The position numbers and the translations under genes are program-made. DNA of 64,000 nucleotides from a virus, in the IMG/VR virus record IMGVR_UViG_3300021429_002604, positions 63,439 through 127,438 of that record. One strand, given 5' to 3'. The notes under the pieces were generated by a model. That model worked only from the letters and a program-made list of their open reading frames with translations, made no database searches and had not been told where the DNA came from. This document shows, one piece after another, positions 10,114 through 21,057 of this stretch (its first letter is position 1; every line of letters begins with the position of its first letter).

Positions 10114-11509
10114 TAGAACACATTTTGATAAGATTAATGCTCTTGACTCATCAGTAATAGGATTTGAATTTGAGTTTTACACTAACCTGTTAAAGGGTCA
10201 AGCTGCCGAGTCATTGGGTAAGCTTATCAAAAAGAAAGTTATAGTTTCCGAAAAATACCATTCAAAAATACCGGTAGACGCCAACAATTTTAAGCTAGAA
10301 CCAGATTACTCAGGTGGTAGCAAAATGATGGAGCTTATTACCGGACCTCTTGCATACAGCGAGGCTATGCCGATTCTTATCAAAATTCTAAATTGGATTG
10401 ATGAGAATGGGTGGACTAGTGATAGATGCGCATTCCAATTTTCAGTAAGTTTTGATAAGTCCAGAAGAGACGTAAAGGACAAAATAGAAAACCTGGATAA
10501 GCTTAAGTTTGTCTTGGGACTTGACGAGGGATTTATCTACTCAAGATTTGGTAGCAGAGAAAAGAATGTATATGCCAAATCCATCAAAAAAGTTGTGCCT
10601 AGGAACAGATACTCGATATTGGAGAATATCCAATCGATAGATCCGAAAATGTATCGTGTACCTGAAGATAAGTACTATGGTGTGAACTTCACAAAAACAC
10701 CAAAGGGGTATATCGAATTCAGATATCTAGGAAACAGAGATTATCAGAAGAAAACCAAAGAAATCAGAGAGGTAATAGATTACATTATCTTATACCTCTA
10801 TGATATATTAAGCCACAGAATAAAGGGGTATACAAAAGACGACCTAGCGGTACTTCAGAAAATGATGGACAAATATGCAAAGGTAGTAAGATGTTTCACT
10901 AATCCTGATTTCTTCTTTAGAAATTACCCAGATTTCCACATCTTCGTTGATCTTAAGGGATGGGACGAAAACATAAAAACATATTTTCCCATCATTAGGG
11001 ATAAGGTATTTGACCTGATTATAGAGGGAAATATCACATCATGTTATTTCAACTACGATACTGCAACTGGTAGATACCAGGTAAAGGAAGCCAGATGCAG
11101 AAATGCTTTCGAAATTGACGGGATGGATTTAATCCTTTGTGATATTAAAAATGCTATTATTAGAAATTGCAACATCTACAATTCTGACATAAAAAAATCA
11201 TCGATAGAAGATTCTTATATTTTCGCAGGTACCAAGGTGACTTCATCAAAAATTAAGTCAACCATAGTGGATTTCTCAAACGAACTTAAAGATTGCTTTA
11301 TCGACTGCCAGGGCAAGAATATTAATTGCAAAATCGAAGGTGGGGTATTAAGAGCTGGTAACATTGGTGAAAATGCAGAGATTAGCAAGGAAACAATGAA
11401 AGTTAAAAACTTAGAAGACCAGAGGATGGTTAGATTCGTTACTGACAAGAGATTAAAGGATCTTAATGATAGATACAATAATCAGAGATTCGGTAATATG
11501 AATTATTAA
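10103..11509 (+). CDS. Putative amidoligase (glutamine-synthetase-like COOH-NH2 ligase) with C-terminal repeat region
   Basis: GFEFEF, EPDYSGG..MELITGPL, KYYGVNF and YIEFRY motifs. The C-terminus has short I/S/N-rich repeats suggestive of a beta-helix. Overlaps the S1 gene by 11 nt. Confidence 0.6.
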   Translation: MSDNRTHFDKINALDSSVIGFEFEFYTNLLKGQAAESLGKLIKKKVIVSEKYHSKIPVDANNFKLEPDYSGGSKMMELITGPLAYSEAMPILIKILNWIDENGWTSDRCAFQFSVSFDKSRRDVKDKIENLDKLKFVLGLDEGFIYSRFGSREKNVYAKSIKKVVPRNRYSILENIQSIDPKMYRVPEDKYYGVNFTKTPKGYIEFRYLGNRDYQKKTKEIREVIDYIILYLYDILSHRIKGYTKDDLAVLQKMMDKYAKVVRCFTNPDFFFRNYPDFHIFVDLKGWDENIKTYFPIIRDKVFDLIIEGNITSCYFNYDTATGRYQVKEARCRNAFEIDGMDLILCDIKNAIIRNCNIYNSDIKKSSIEDSYIFAGTKVTSSKIKSTIVDFSNELKDCFIDCQGKNINCKIEGGVLRAGNIGENAEISKETMKVKNLEDQRMVRFVTDKRLKDLNDRYNNQRFGNMNY

Positions 11510-11523
11510 AAAAACCAAGAAGC

Positions 11524-12300
11524 ATGACACAAGATGAGTTAATACAGGAAATACAAGATGCCCTTTCTTTTAGCTGTGCATTACCTTACAACTTAAATGC
11601 AACAGAAACTGAGAGAATTATCAAAAGAGCTAAAGCTTGGTTTTATGATAACTATCAGTATGCTGTAGAGGAAAGAGTGTTCGTTTTAGCAAACAATCTT
11701 TTCCAGCACCAAGAATTTAAAAGAACTAGACAGATCAGACTTCCTGAATCTATCATAGGAGTATATGAAGTTAGAGAACTTGGTGGATATGGACTCTCTG
11801 GTAATCCTGATAGGGATTTTGGTGACTCAAAGCTCCTTGGATCTGAACTACTTCTATCGCCATTCGTAGGGGATAACTTAGTTTATAGAACAGTGATGTA
11901 TTCATATTTCGATTTGGCCAAAGCTTATCTACTCAACACATATGCTTTTAAATACAATAAAAACACGAAATTCTTAACCATTCTTGGTAGAGATCCTAAC
12001 CGATCAGGTAAAGGTCAATTAGCACAGGGATTTAATGGTGGTGGTGTTGATGTTTCTGTAAGATGCCACGTGGCAATACTCGACGAATACTTATATGACG
12101 ATGAACTTTTTGTTAGATATTGTATAGCAAAATGTAAAATAGCGCTTTCACAGATGTTAAGCGTCTTCACATACAACCTTCCTGGTGGGGTTCAAATAAA
12201 CGCCAGCGAAATAGGAACTCAGGGAGCCACAGAGCTACAGGAAGTGATGGATATGATCAATGGCGAGAATACCCCATCTTATTTCCTTCAATGGAATTAA
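11524..12300 (+). CDS. Neck/head-completion protein (T4 gp13-like)
   Basis: C-terminal YNLPGGVQINASEI...ELQEV resembles the LPGGV motif of gp13-type neck proteins. Confidence 0.65.
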   Translation: MTQDELIQEIQDALSFSCALPYNLNATETERIIKRAKAWFYDNYQYAVEERVFVLANNLFQHQEFKRTRQIRLPESIIGVYEVRELGGYGLSGNPDRDFGDSKLLGSELLLSPFVGDNLVYRTVMYSYFDLAKAYLLNTYAFKYNKNTKFLTILGRDPNRSGKGQLAQGFNGGGVDVSVRCHVAILDEYLYDDELFVRYCIAKCKIALSQMLSVFTYNLPGGVQINASEIGTQGATELQEVMDMINGENTPSYFLQWN

Positions 12301-12304
12301 TCTC

Positions 12305-12312
12305 GATATATA
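12305..12312 (+). promoter_or_regulatory. GATATATA putative late-promoter motif
   Basis: Intergenic, 19 nt before the gp25-like ATG. Confidence 0.55.
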
Positions 12313-12331
12313 ATGGGAAATTAATTTTTCC

Positions 12332-12703
12332 ATGAGAGAGATTTACAATAGAGACCCATTAGATCCGGATTACAATCCTTATCAATTAGAGACCACAGAT
12401 CCTACTGAGATCTGCGTCGGTCAACTTAAAATGCTGCTACTTACTAATAAGGGCGAGGTTTTAGGCGATCCCAAATTTGGTTTAAATATAGAGGATCTTG
12501 TATTTAATCTCGAGCTCTCAGAAACAAGCATAAGGAAAGAACTGGATCTTGCACTTAATGTGTATGTTCCGCTGTTTTCTTTGCTTGGTGGAACTTATGA
12601 ACTTCAATTTTACGTGGGGACTTTAAGGGATATCGCTACTTTGGATTTTAAAATACCAGAGGACGGAAAACTTAGCCCACTGGTATCGCTAAGACTAACA
12701 TAA
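12332..12703 (+). CDS. Baseplate wedge / sheath initiator (gp25-like)
   Basis: 123 aa with LLLTNKGEVLGDPKFGLNIEDLVF, the typical gp25/GPW pattern; precedes the gp6-like gene. Confidence 0.8.
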   Translation: MREIYNRDPLDPDYNPYQLETTDPTEICVGQLKMLLLTNKGEVLGDPKFGLNIEDLVFNLELSETSIRKELDLALNVYVPLFSLLGGTYELQFYVGTLRDIATLDFKIPEDGKLSPLVSLRLT

Positions 12704-12712
12704 AAAAAGGAA

Positions 12713-14437
12713 ATGAATATATTTAAGAAAAATAACATTCTTATTAACGGTCTTCTAGGAGACACGTTTAATTTTTTGCAGGCAACCTATAATCAAACAT
12801 CGAATGTTTTTACTGTTGCCTCCGCTTGGGGACAAATCTTATTTGTTCTACAAAATCTTTCCCAGCTTATATTATATTTCATTGAGGATTCGATCACCGA
12901 GTTAAATATGCAGGAAGCAACCAGAGACTATTCTGTTAGAAGTTTAGCTAGAATTGCTGGTTATGATCCTGGACGTGCTAGCGCAGCTCAAGGTGAGGTT
13001 TCTATATCATGGAACACCAGAGAGGGTGATGTTGGTGGTGGATCGGTTATACTCAAAAATTACTCCCAGATCAGATGCCAGCAAAATGGTAAATTATACT
13101 CTCTGATATTTGGAAGTCCAGAAGTAACTATCCCCTTAGTTAGAGGGAATTCATTGAGAGTAAAAGTTGCTCAGGGAACTTTTGAAAGCGCGATAGTCAC
13201 CGGTAATGGTCTGGCACTTCAAAGTTTTAATCTTCCTTCCAGCTCAGGTATTCTATTGGATCAATTTTATGTTGATGTGTATGTTAATGAGGAAAAATGG
13301 AGAAGATATGATTCGCTCTATGATATACCATTAAACGGTAAGGGATACTTGGTTAGAACAGGAATACAAGAGGGACTGGATGTTTATTTCGGTAACTCCA
13401 ATTTTGGTATGGTTCCTCAGAGAGGATCAAGAATAAGAATAGAATATTTACAGACATCCGGCACTGGCGGAAATACAAACTCAACTAAAGAAAACCCACT
13501 TACTTATAAATTTTCCAGTAACGGAACAGATCTATTTGGATCGGAGGTTGATGTTAACCTTTATCTTGATATTAAGAATCAAATAGATCCATCATTTGGT
13601 ACAAACCCAGAGACCACCAACCTAATTAGATTGGTTGCTCCTAAGACTAGTAGATCTTTCGTTTTTGCTAATGCTGATAACTACGAGGTGTTCCTGAATA
13701 AATTGGGAATATTTTCTCAGATACAAGCTTTCTCAACTTTCGACGATGATTACTTAGATGATGATAACGTTGTTTACATATATCTGGTTCCTGACATCAC
13801 TTTGAATCTATCGAGTAACGAAGATTATTTTAGTGTTCCGGTTTCAGACTTTCTTTTAACTGCTCCACAAAAGGCCAGAGTTGTAAATCTGATCGAACAA
13901 TCAGGATCTATGATCGCAACCACGGTGATAAAAATAGTTCAGCCCGTTATAACCAGATATGTTACTAATGTCGTTCTTGGTATTTTCGAAGGATCTGACC
14001 CTGAGACAATTAAACAGTCCATAAGAAAAAGAATTTCTGAATATATGTTATCCTTGAAAAGAAGGGATAAAATACCAAAATCTGATTTCATAGCAATAAT
14101 AGAAAGCGTACCTGGAGTAGACACAGTATCTTTCTTCTTCGTCGGCCAAAAAAATGAGGAGAATCAGATAGCAATTAAAAACTTGACTAATGTTTCCCAA
14201 GCACAATTGGACGAGACTATAGGGATGGACCAGTTTGGTGATATTATTATAGGAAGAAATGAACTTGTACTATTGAGAGGTGGGTGGACAGACAGAAACG
14301 GAACATTCTATACTGAATCCGTTGTTGATGGAAAACCAGGGCCTCTTAATATAACCGTTGCATCCATTGTTCCTAGAAATTTTAGAAGTGAATTAAATGC
14401 TAGTCTAAAGTCACAAATAATAGCTCAAGGCTCATAA
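12713..14437 (+). CDS. Baseplate wedge protein (gp6/baseplate J-like)
   Basis: SVRSLARIAGYDPGRASAA, VYFGNSNFGMVPQRGSRIRIEYLQTSGTGGN and the position after gp25. Confidence 0.75.
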   Translation: MNIFKKNNILINGLLGDTFNFLQATYNQTSNVFTVASAWGQILFVLQNLSQLILYFIEDSITELNMQEATRDYSVRSLARIAGYDPGRASAAQGEVSISWNTREGDVGGGSVILKNYSQIRCQQNGKLYSLIFGSPEVTIPLVRGNSLRVKVAQGTFESAIVTGNGLALQSFNLPSSSGILLDQFYVDVYVNEEKWRRYDSLYDIPLNGKGYLVRTGIQEGLDVYFGNSNFGMVPQRGSRIRIEYLQTSGTGGNTNSTKENPLTYKFSSNGTDLFGSEVDVNLYLDIKNQIDPSFGTNPETTNLIRLVAPKTSRSFVFANADNYEVFLNKLGIFSQIQAFSTFDDDYLDDDNVVYIYLVPDITLNLSSNEDYFSVPVSDFLLTAPQKARVVNLIEQSGSMIATTVIKIVQPVITRYVTNVVLGIFEGSDPETIKQSIRKRISEYMLSLKRRDKIPKSDFIAIIESVPGVDTVSFFFVGQKNEENQIAIKNLTNVSQAQLDETIGMDQFGDIIIGRNELVLLRGGWTDRNGTFYTESVVDGKPGPLNITVASIVPRNFRSELNASLKSQIIAQGS

Positions 14438-14452
14438 AATAAATAAACGATA

Positions 14453-14983
14453 ATGCAGAGTTATTCACCATTCTTTCCTGGAGAAAATGAAAGTAAAAGC
14501 TACACCGTTAATGGAATAAAACCAAGAACGACTAATACAACTTTTTATGACAGTAAAGATTTGTATGCAACATCAAATTTAGCACTAGACCGAGCCTATA
14601 ATATAGGGTGTAGTGGATATAGAGCGGTGATTGCTAATGCTACGGGTTCCTATAAATTTGCTCCTTGCACATCGATTGCCGAATATAAGACAATAATGAA
14701 AGAAATGGGAAAGGTCACGGTTGAAAGAAGATATTATGATTTTGATCCAACCCAAAATATTTATGACATCAGGGATAGTATAAATGATAATCTATATAAT
14801 GGATTTGATTACCAAGATCAAATCCTAAAAAGATCGTTATCCAATGTTATCTATCGGGATCCAGTAAAGGAGGGTATACTTCATTACTTCCAGAGGGTTG
14901 TTTATGGATTGATTGAAACAACTAAACAAATAAAGAACTTCTTTAACTACACAGTTAAGAAAAATAATAAGAGAGTTTTCTAA
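14453..14983 (+). CDS. Hypothetical protein
   Basis: 176-aa ORF in the baseplate operon, containing a paired-Cys motif IGCSGY...APC. Confidence 0.5.
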   Translation: MQSYSPFFPGENESKSYTVNGIKPRTTNTTFYDSKDLYATSNLALDRAYNIGCSGYRAVIANATGSYKFAPCTSIAEYKTIMKEMGKVTVERRYYDFDPTQNIYDIRDSINDNLYNGFDYQDQILKRSLSNVIYRDPVKEGILHYFQRVVYGLIETTKQIKNFFNYTVKKNNKRVF

Positions 14984-14989
14984 TTTAAA

Positions 14990-17900
14990 ATGGCAGACAT
15001 AAGACTTAATTTTTTTGGTAAAGACGGTAATCCGCTAAATTTCAATTATATTGGACCTACCGGACCAACCCCAGCGGATTCTAAATTTACCTACATCACA
15101 TCCAATTCAGGTCTTACTAGCAATGGTGACGCCCTTCTTAACTTTGGTTCATCCAACTTTACCTGGCAACTCTACAAGACTGATCTTAATAATTTAGACC
15201 TTACTGCTTGGCATAACGAGATTGATTATTTCATTAGCCGGGGAGCTGATGTTTATTTGAATGGTGAAGTTGCGGGACAGCAAAGTTTTAGTTGTAAAAT
15301 TCAAAACATAGTTCAGGTTTCATCCGGTAATCTTATAATTAGCGGATTAACTGATGACTATAAGGGGCAGAGCATAATAAGTGCAAACAACCAGATCTAT
15401 TTCACCACAACGTATGAGAATAGACCAGGTGGATATTTTAAGGGCAACATCTATTTTGAGCCCGTTTCATCTGGACTATATGAAAATGAGCAGGTTTTTA
15501 TTGTACAGGAATTTGAAAATCCATCCACTAATGTTAAGGAGTATGGTCTACCACACACCGGAGCTACCGGAGCTACCGGAGCTACTGGTTCCCCTAAATG
15601 GAGAACCCGATGGTATAATGATAATTATGGTGAAACTGACGTAACCGATATTATATTCACGTATGCTATTGAGGATCAGCTTGAAGGTGGAGACGGCGAA
15701 CCGCTGATTGTAAACTATCCAAACATGGTTATGCCTGTTGATGTAGATCCTAACGATTACTATACCCTTGGTTACGTCCATACAGAGAATGTCACATCAG
15801 AGGCATTGTCGATAAATGTTGCATTAAATGCATCGGAAGAGGCTGAGGGCATCTACGAGAGAAAACTTATAGTTGAAGACATCACCACAGGGACTCCTGA
15901 AAAAATACTCGAGATTGATTTTTATGGGCAGATCGTAGGGGAGGATGAGAGATTTAAAGTTCTTTTGGAGAACCTAGGTCGAGCTTTCTATAGAAGTGAT
16001 TCCGTTATACTAAGGGATCATGACCCGGATGAGCCAAGCCCGAATTTCTTAGAGATTAATGAGAAAAGGAAGGAGCTACTCGTTGCCGGGGAGGAGATAT
16101 TCCCGTACATCGGAAGTTATAAGGGGTTAATTAATGCACTAAAATTCTTCGGTTATCAGGATTTGAGAATAAAGGAATATTGGTTAAATCTAAATTATAA
16201 AAATCTAAAATTAGAATCTCCAGTCCAACAGAATCAATCTTTTCTGAATGCTATTAAAACCCAGCAATCAAAAGGATATTCACAAAGCTACCAAGTTGGT
16301 GATGTTCTAGATAACGAGAATTCAGGAAAATATAAATTAACCCAAACATACGGTCCGGATTCGACTGGAAAATATGTTTTAAATGTCACTTCGGAAGACT
16401 CATTAATACCTAGCAGAACGTATAAAAAAACAGCACTGTTTGGTCTTTATTACGATCTAAACAAAGTTACTGATAATACGGATGCTTTTGGTTACCCTGT
16501 AGTAAATGACGCATTTAAATTCACACAGGAGGAGGTTCTGATAAAGATATTTGCTTTAAAGGAGAGACTTAAGAGAGACTATCTACCTCTGAACGCCAGA
16601 ATTATAGACATAACCGGAGAGGGTGTTTATTTCATGATCTATAACACTAAGTCATGGACCGATGTGATGGAAAGAATAGACGTCAATTCTGGTTTCTATT
16701 TCGACTTTTTTCCGAATCCTGATTTTGGTTTTCTTGAGGATCTTAGAAACTTTTCAACTAGGCCTTTATCATCTGGAATTCAAACTCCTAGCTCATACAG
16801 TAACTCATACCAAGCCGATGTTGATTTCATAGGCGGAACTGGAAGCGCTATAAGCTTTGTGGGGGATTTCCCATTTGGCTCCACTGGACCGAATCCAACT
16901 CTGGTTGTAAATGCAGGACAGACATATCAGTTCAACGTGGTTGACTCCAATAGCTATGGGTATGATTTTTATCTAACAACAGATCCTTTATTAACACCGG
17001 TGGATCCACTTGGAGTTATGAATAACGGAGCAACCGGGGGTAGTTCAGTTATCTGGTATGTGAACCCTGAACAATCTTCACCGATTTATTATTATTCGTC
17101 AAATAACACATCCCTTTTAAATGGTAGCATTACTGTTTTACCTGCTACTCTATCGGATCTTGGTAATATTGTAAATCCACTGGATAATCAGCAAATTTAT
17201 AATCCAGCACAGAATGATTCGCTACTAACCGCAATTGGTAACTTCTATGAATTAAAACAGAACGGTGACATACTAGAACTCGGTGATGATGACTTCGATC
17301 CTAGTGCTTATATAGATCCAACCACGGGACAGCAATATCAGCTTCCCCTTGGTATGCCAGTTATATTAGAGCTGATCCTGGATGTATGGGAATGGAACGA
17401 ACTTAATATAAACTGGAATGCACTAATTATACCAACATACAAAGTTGGAGACGTTGTTCAAGTTAGACAACAAGGCAATTTCTTTTATGGAGTTTTTGGA
17501 ACTGTTACCGCTGTGAGTTATTCAACTGGTGATTATACAATTTTACTAGATCCCCCGTATAACATTCCTCAGAACTTTGCTGAGGCTGATTTACTTTCGA
17601 GCGTCCAGATTTACAATCTACTAACTTGGGAAAATATAGATTTTTCTAATGCGGTAGAAATTGAGTGGATCGTAAATAAGAACGCAACACAATCAGGATC
17701 ACCCTATAATTTTCAATTTAGAGGTGCCATAGCGGACTTTTATAAACTTGCCCACTTCTTACCTTACACTGGGGAATATAAGGTCATATGCAACATCTAT
17801 GATGCCTTTAATGCAAAGACAACTGTAATCAAGGATCGGATAATAAAAGTTGAACCTAAAACTATAGATATTGATGCTTGGACCAGATACAGGGAGGTTG

Positions 17901-19801
17901 AAAGATACCTATGGGACAATGCCGATAGGGGATGGGATCTTTATGATTCTATGTGGGAATACCCTGCTGAGGGCGAGACTATTGAGGTTGTTGAAAAATC
18001 AATACCTAGCGAGATTTTAGATTTCGCAACTTACGGGAATAAATCGGAGGAGGGTCAGAGTCTTTATGTGTATTCTCCAAATTCAGCAATCGGTGCTACC
18101 GGAGAAATCTCATTCACACAAACGATATCACAAATCTCCGAAATATATTCACTTCAGATATTCCCTGGTCAATACGGATATGCAACAATATCAACTGCAA
18201 CCCCACATGGTCTTACTAATGGAGACGAGGTAACCATAACAGGAACAGTATCCGAACTGAATGGAAGATGGGTAGCAGGAGTGACAGGATCAACAACAAC
18301 ATTTAAAATACAGACATCTCTAAATCCAACTTGGAATGGTATAAATCTGGAGACTTCTCCGGTAAATAGATATGTTACGGACAACTTAATTTACACCAAT
18401 CAGCAATTTACAGGAGCAGGAACAATTACTATTTATGCTGGCGGGAGGGAAATAGGGACAGCTGAAACTGGGGATACACTTTATAACACAGCTAACGCTA
18501 TCACTTCAGCCGTAAATTCACTAAGAACGTATCCTGATTATTTTGCATCATGCATAAATCCATCAACCGATCCCGTGAAGGTTCTAATTTCTGCACCGAA
18601 CGATCTCGGTGCTGATCAGAACGGTGTACCTTTAAGTGCAACTTTAACCGGATCAATCAGTTTAGTTTCATCTGATGCTGCTTTAACAGGAGGGGTAAGT
18701 CCAGCTGATAGTTACGTTTACTGGTCAGAAAATGATCCTAACCAGCCGAACGAGAATCTTAAATATTGGGGAACTAAAAGACTCAACTGGGAGGTTTTCA
18801 CCGATAACAATTGGGAAAACGCATATGCACACACTTGGTTCGATTTTGAATTCAACAACGATTGGCTCGGCGGATATGAGCTTCATACCATTTTACCAGG
18901 GGATTATGTTAAGATTAGCACTGCAAACTCGACATATCCATTCCCGGTAGGGGTAACCTTTAATAACGGAATTTCTGGACTAACACTTCAGGAGGTAGCA
19001 GATCAACTTAACAATTCGGACGAGCCACACATAACCAATTTCTACTATCGACCTATGCCTAGTGACGTTGGTGGACTTGGTGCGACCGCTGGTCCGATAA
19101 ACTTAAATATAACAAATAACTTTTTAATAAATAGTGCATTTCAGCCACCACCTTCATTAAACGGAGGTAGTCAGCTTCTAATTGCTCAATTTGGTTACAC
19201 CGGAGGAGTACAGATTACCTCGACGACAACAACTTCAACAACTTCAACGACTACGACATCAACATCAACGACATCAACGACTACGACATCGACGACATCG
19301 ACATCAACGACGACAACGACAACGGCAGCTCCTACGACTACCACGTCAACCACGTCAACCACAACTATTAATCCTTGTTTATTAGCTGGTACTGCTAGTA
19401 TGGTTTATCCTACTACGACAACCACATCGACCACAACTTCGACGTCAACGACCACAACAACCACAACAGGGATTATTATAGCTTACTGGGAATACCTGGG
19501 AGCTTGTATAACTCAGTCTGCTGAATTCTACCAAAACGGAAACTTGATGGCTAACCCGAGTGGTTCTGGAACTAGCTCAGGAAGCTTTGTTATAGTGCCT
19601 GGGGACGTATTGGAGGTTTATCACACCTCTGGAATTAAAGGTGCTGGCTGTTTAACTGCTACTGCTGTAGTGGAAATACCTTATTTAACGTCCTTGGTTG
19701 GTGCATTTGATAGTGTTAGCGGTACGAGTGTAACTGCATATGTTAGCTGGACAGTAAGTGGATCCGATGACATTGGACTATATGCCGGATTAATGCCTTA
19801 A
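14990..19801 (+). CDS. Large baseplate wedge/fibre protein with C-terminal mucin-like Thr/Ser tracts
   Basis: 1603 aa after the gp6-like gene. Contains a GSYKGLINALKFFGY...IKEYW wedge-like motif, TGATGATGATG and long STTTT runs. Confidence 0.6.
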   Translation: MADIRLNFFGKDGNPLNFNYIGPTGPTPADSKFTYITSNSGLTSNGDALLNFGSSNFTWQLYKTDLNNLDLTAWHNEIDYFISRGADVYLNGEVAGQQSFSCKIQNIVQVSSGNLIISGLTDDYKGQSIISANNQIYFTTTYENRPGGYFKGNIYFEPVSSGLYENEQVFIVQEFENPSTNVKEYGLPHTGATGATGATGSPKWRTRWYNDNYGETDVTDIIFTYAIEDQLEGGDGEPLIVNYPNMVMPVDVDPNDYYTLGYVHTENVTSEALSINVALNASEEAEGIYERKLIVEDITTGTPEKILEIDFYGQIVGEDERFKVLLENLGRAFYRSDSVILRDHDPDEPSPNFLEINEKRKELLVAGEEIFPYIGSYKGLINALKFFGYQDLRIKEYWLNLNYKNLKLESPVQQNQSFLNAIKTQQSKGYSQSYQVGDVLDNENSGKYKLTQTYGPDSTGKYVLNVTSEDSLIPSRTYKKTALFGLYYDLNKVTDNTDAFGYPVVNDAFKFTQEEVLIKIFALKERLKRDYLPLNARIIDITGEGVYFMIYNTKSWTDVMERIDVNSGFYFDFFPNPDFGFLEDLRNFSTRPLSSGIQTPSSYSNSYQADVDFIGGTGSAISFVGDFPFGSTGPNPTLVVNAGQTYQFNVVDSNSYGYDFYLTTDPLLTPVDPLGVMNNGATGGSSVIWYVNPEQSSPIYYYSSNNTSLLNGSITVLPATLSDLGNIVNPLDNQQIYNPAQNDSLLTAIGNFYELKQNGDILELGDDDFDPSAYIDPTTGQQYQLPLGMPVILELILDVWEWNELNINWNALIIPTYKVGDVVQVRQQGNFFYGVFGTVTAVSYSTGDYTILLDPPYNIPQNFAEADLLSSVQIYNLLTWENIDFSNAVEIEWIVNKNATQSGSPYNFQFRGAIADFYKLAHFLPYTGEYKVICNIYDAFNAKTTVIKDRIIKVEPKTIDIDAWTRYREVERYLWDNADRGWDLYDSMWEYPAEGETIEVVEKSIPSEILDFATYGNKSEEGQSLYVYSPNSAIGATGEISFTQTISQISEIYSLQIFPGQYGYATISTATPHGLTNGDEVTITGTVSELNGRWVAGVTGSTTTFKIQTSLNPTWNGINLETSPVNRYVTDNLIYTNQQFTGAGTITIYAGGREIGTAETGDTLYNTANAITSAVNSLRTYPDYFASCINPSTDPVKVLISAPNDLGADQNGVPLSATLTGSISLVSSDAALTGGVSPADSYVYWSENDPNQPNENLKYWGTKRLNWEVFTDNNWENAYAHTWFDFEFNNDWLGGYELHTILPGDYVKISTANSTYPFPVGVTFNNGISGLTLQEVADQLNNSDEPHITNFYYRPMPSDVGGLGATAGPINLNITNNFLINSAFQPPPSLNGGSQLLIAQFGYTGGVQITSTTTTSTTSTTTTSTSTTSTTTTSTTSTSTTTTTTAAPTTTTSTTSTTTINPCLLAGTASMVYPTTTTTSTTTSTSTTTTTTTGIIIAYWEYLGACITQSAEFYQNGNLMANPSGSGTSSGSFVIVPGDVLEVYHTSGIKGAGCLTATAVVEIPYLTSLVGAFDSVSGTSVTAYVSWTVSGSDDIGLYAGLMP
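19219..19470 (+). repeat. Low-complexity Thr/Ser (mucin-like) coding tracts
   Basis: STTTTSTTSTTTTSTSTTSTTTTSTTSTSTTTTTTAAPTTTTSTTSTTT and a second run PTTTTTSTTTSTSTTTTTTT, encoded with mixed ACN codons. Confidence 0.95.
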
Positions 19802-19813
19802 AAAATATAAAAC

Positions 19814-20383
19814 ATGATCGATAAAGAAAAAATACAGGGTGTGCATGAACAAAAACCGATACGTGGTTTATTTGAAATCCCATTGGCAATTTCAAAATTC
19901 AGTGGTGAATATTCAATAGAAAAACACTCTAGGCTTGATTTTTTAGTTCTTAAAGGTCCAAGCGGTCAACTAGGAACAGATCAGGCTGGTTATATACTGG
20001 GGCACAATCCGGGGATTCTTGATATTGAATTTGATAGTATTCTAATAATTGGATTGGGACTGGGCGTAATACCTTATGTTGTCCAGGATTTCTGTTCTGT
20101 GGTGGATGTGGTGGAATTACAATCTGATGTGATTAGTTGTGTTAATCAGCTTGGACATCTTAATAGCAATGTTAATTTAATACAAGGGGAAATATCAGCA
20201 TACGCGCCAACTAGAAATTATGATGTGATCTTGCTTGATATCTGGTACACGGATATCACTGAGGAATTAACCGACGAGCTGATAGAGAAATACAGTCCAC
20301 ATTTGAATGCTGGCGGGTTTCTCTATATACCAATTAATGCTGGTTCTATAGAAGACAAGGTTAAAATATATAATAACAATTAA
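19814..20383 (+). CDS. Class I SAM-dependent methyltransferase
   Basis: Motif I ILIIGLGLG, acidic VDVVEL after strand 2, and NYDVILLDIW. Confidence 0.8.
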   Translation: MIDKEKIQGVHEQKPIRGLFEIPLAISKFSGEYSIEKHSRLDFLVLKGPSGQLGTDQAGYILGHNPGILDIEFDSILIIGLGLGVIPYVVQDFCSVVDVVELQSDVISCVNQLGHLNSNVNLIQGEISAYAPTRNYDVILLDIWYTDITEELTDELIEKYSPHLNAGGFLYIPINAGSIEDKVKIYNNN

Positions 20384-20394
20384 ACGAATAGAAA

Positions 20395-21009
20395 ATGCCA
20401 TCAGCACTTATAACTTTAACTACTGCGGGAACTGGAACAGGCCCATTTGATCTTTATTCTAATGTCGGTGGATATGCCGCTCCATTTGAAACTAATGTAC
20501 CTAAAAGTTCACTGGTATCTGGTTATACATCGAATTTGGTAACAGCCGGAACCACAATCATCAGGGTCCAGTCAACCAGTGTGGGATGTCCTAATTATGT
20601 TGATATTTCAGTAGCCGGAATTACGACAACCACGACATCAACATCAACTACAGCAACCCCTACCAACTCCTGGCTTAATAATAACACAGGAAATACCATC
20701 ACTGGAACATTTGTATTCAGTGTTAAGATAGGAGCTGGTTCTTTCAATACGGTGTATTCAGCAACCACCTCAATCTTACCTGGTGCAAAGCTTAATTTCA
20801 ATCAATTATACTATCCTGGTGCTTTTAATACCAACGGTAATACATTTAAAGTTGACGTGTACAGTGCTACCGGTCTTTCAACATCCAATTACATTCAGAT
20901 GTTCGTTGGCTGGACGAGTACCCCTGGATATTTCACAGCGGGAACTCCATATTCCGCTCAAACTTATTCCTCAGGTTCGCAATATCAATTACTTATAGAT
21001 CTATATTAA
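20395..21009 (+). CDS. Small Thr/Ser-rich beta-rich structural protein
   Basis: 204 aa, with two putative domains joined by ITTTTTSTSTTATPT. Confidence 0.55.
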   Translation: MPSALITLTTAGTGTGPFDLYSNVGGYAAPFETNVPKSSLVSGYTSNLVTAGTTIIRVQSTSVGCPNYVDISVAGITTTTTSTSTTATPTNSWLNNNTGNTITGTFVFSVKIGAGSFNTVYSATTSILPGAKLNFNQLYYPGAFNTNGNTFKVDVYSATGLSTSNYIQMFVGWTSTPGYFTAGTPYSAQTYSSGSQYQLLIDLY

Positions 21010-21057
21010 CGGAACACTTCATTTATAATTAGCTATAAGTTTCATAAAGTTTGAAAC

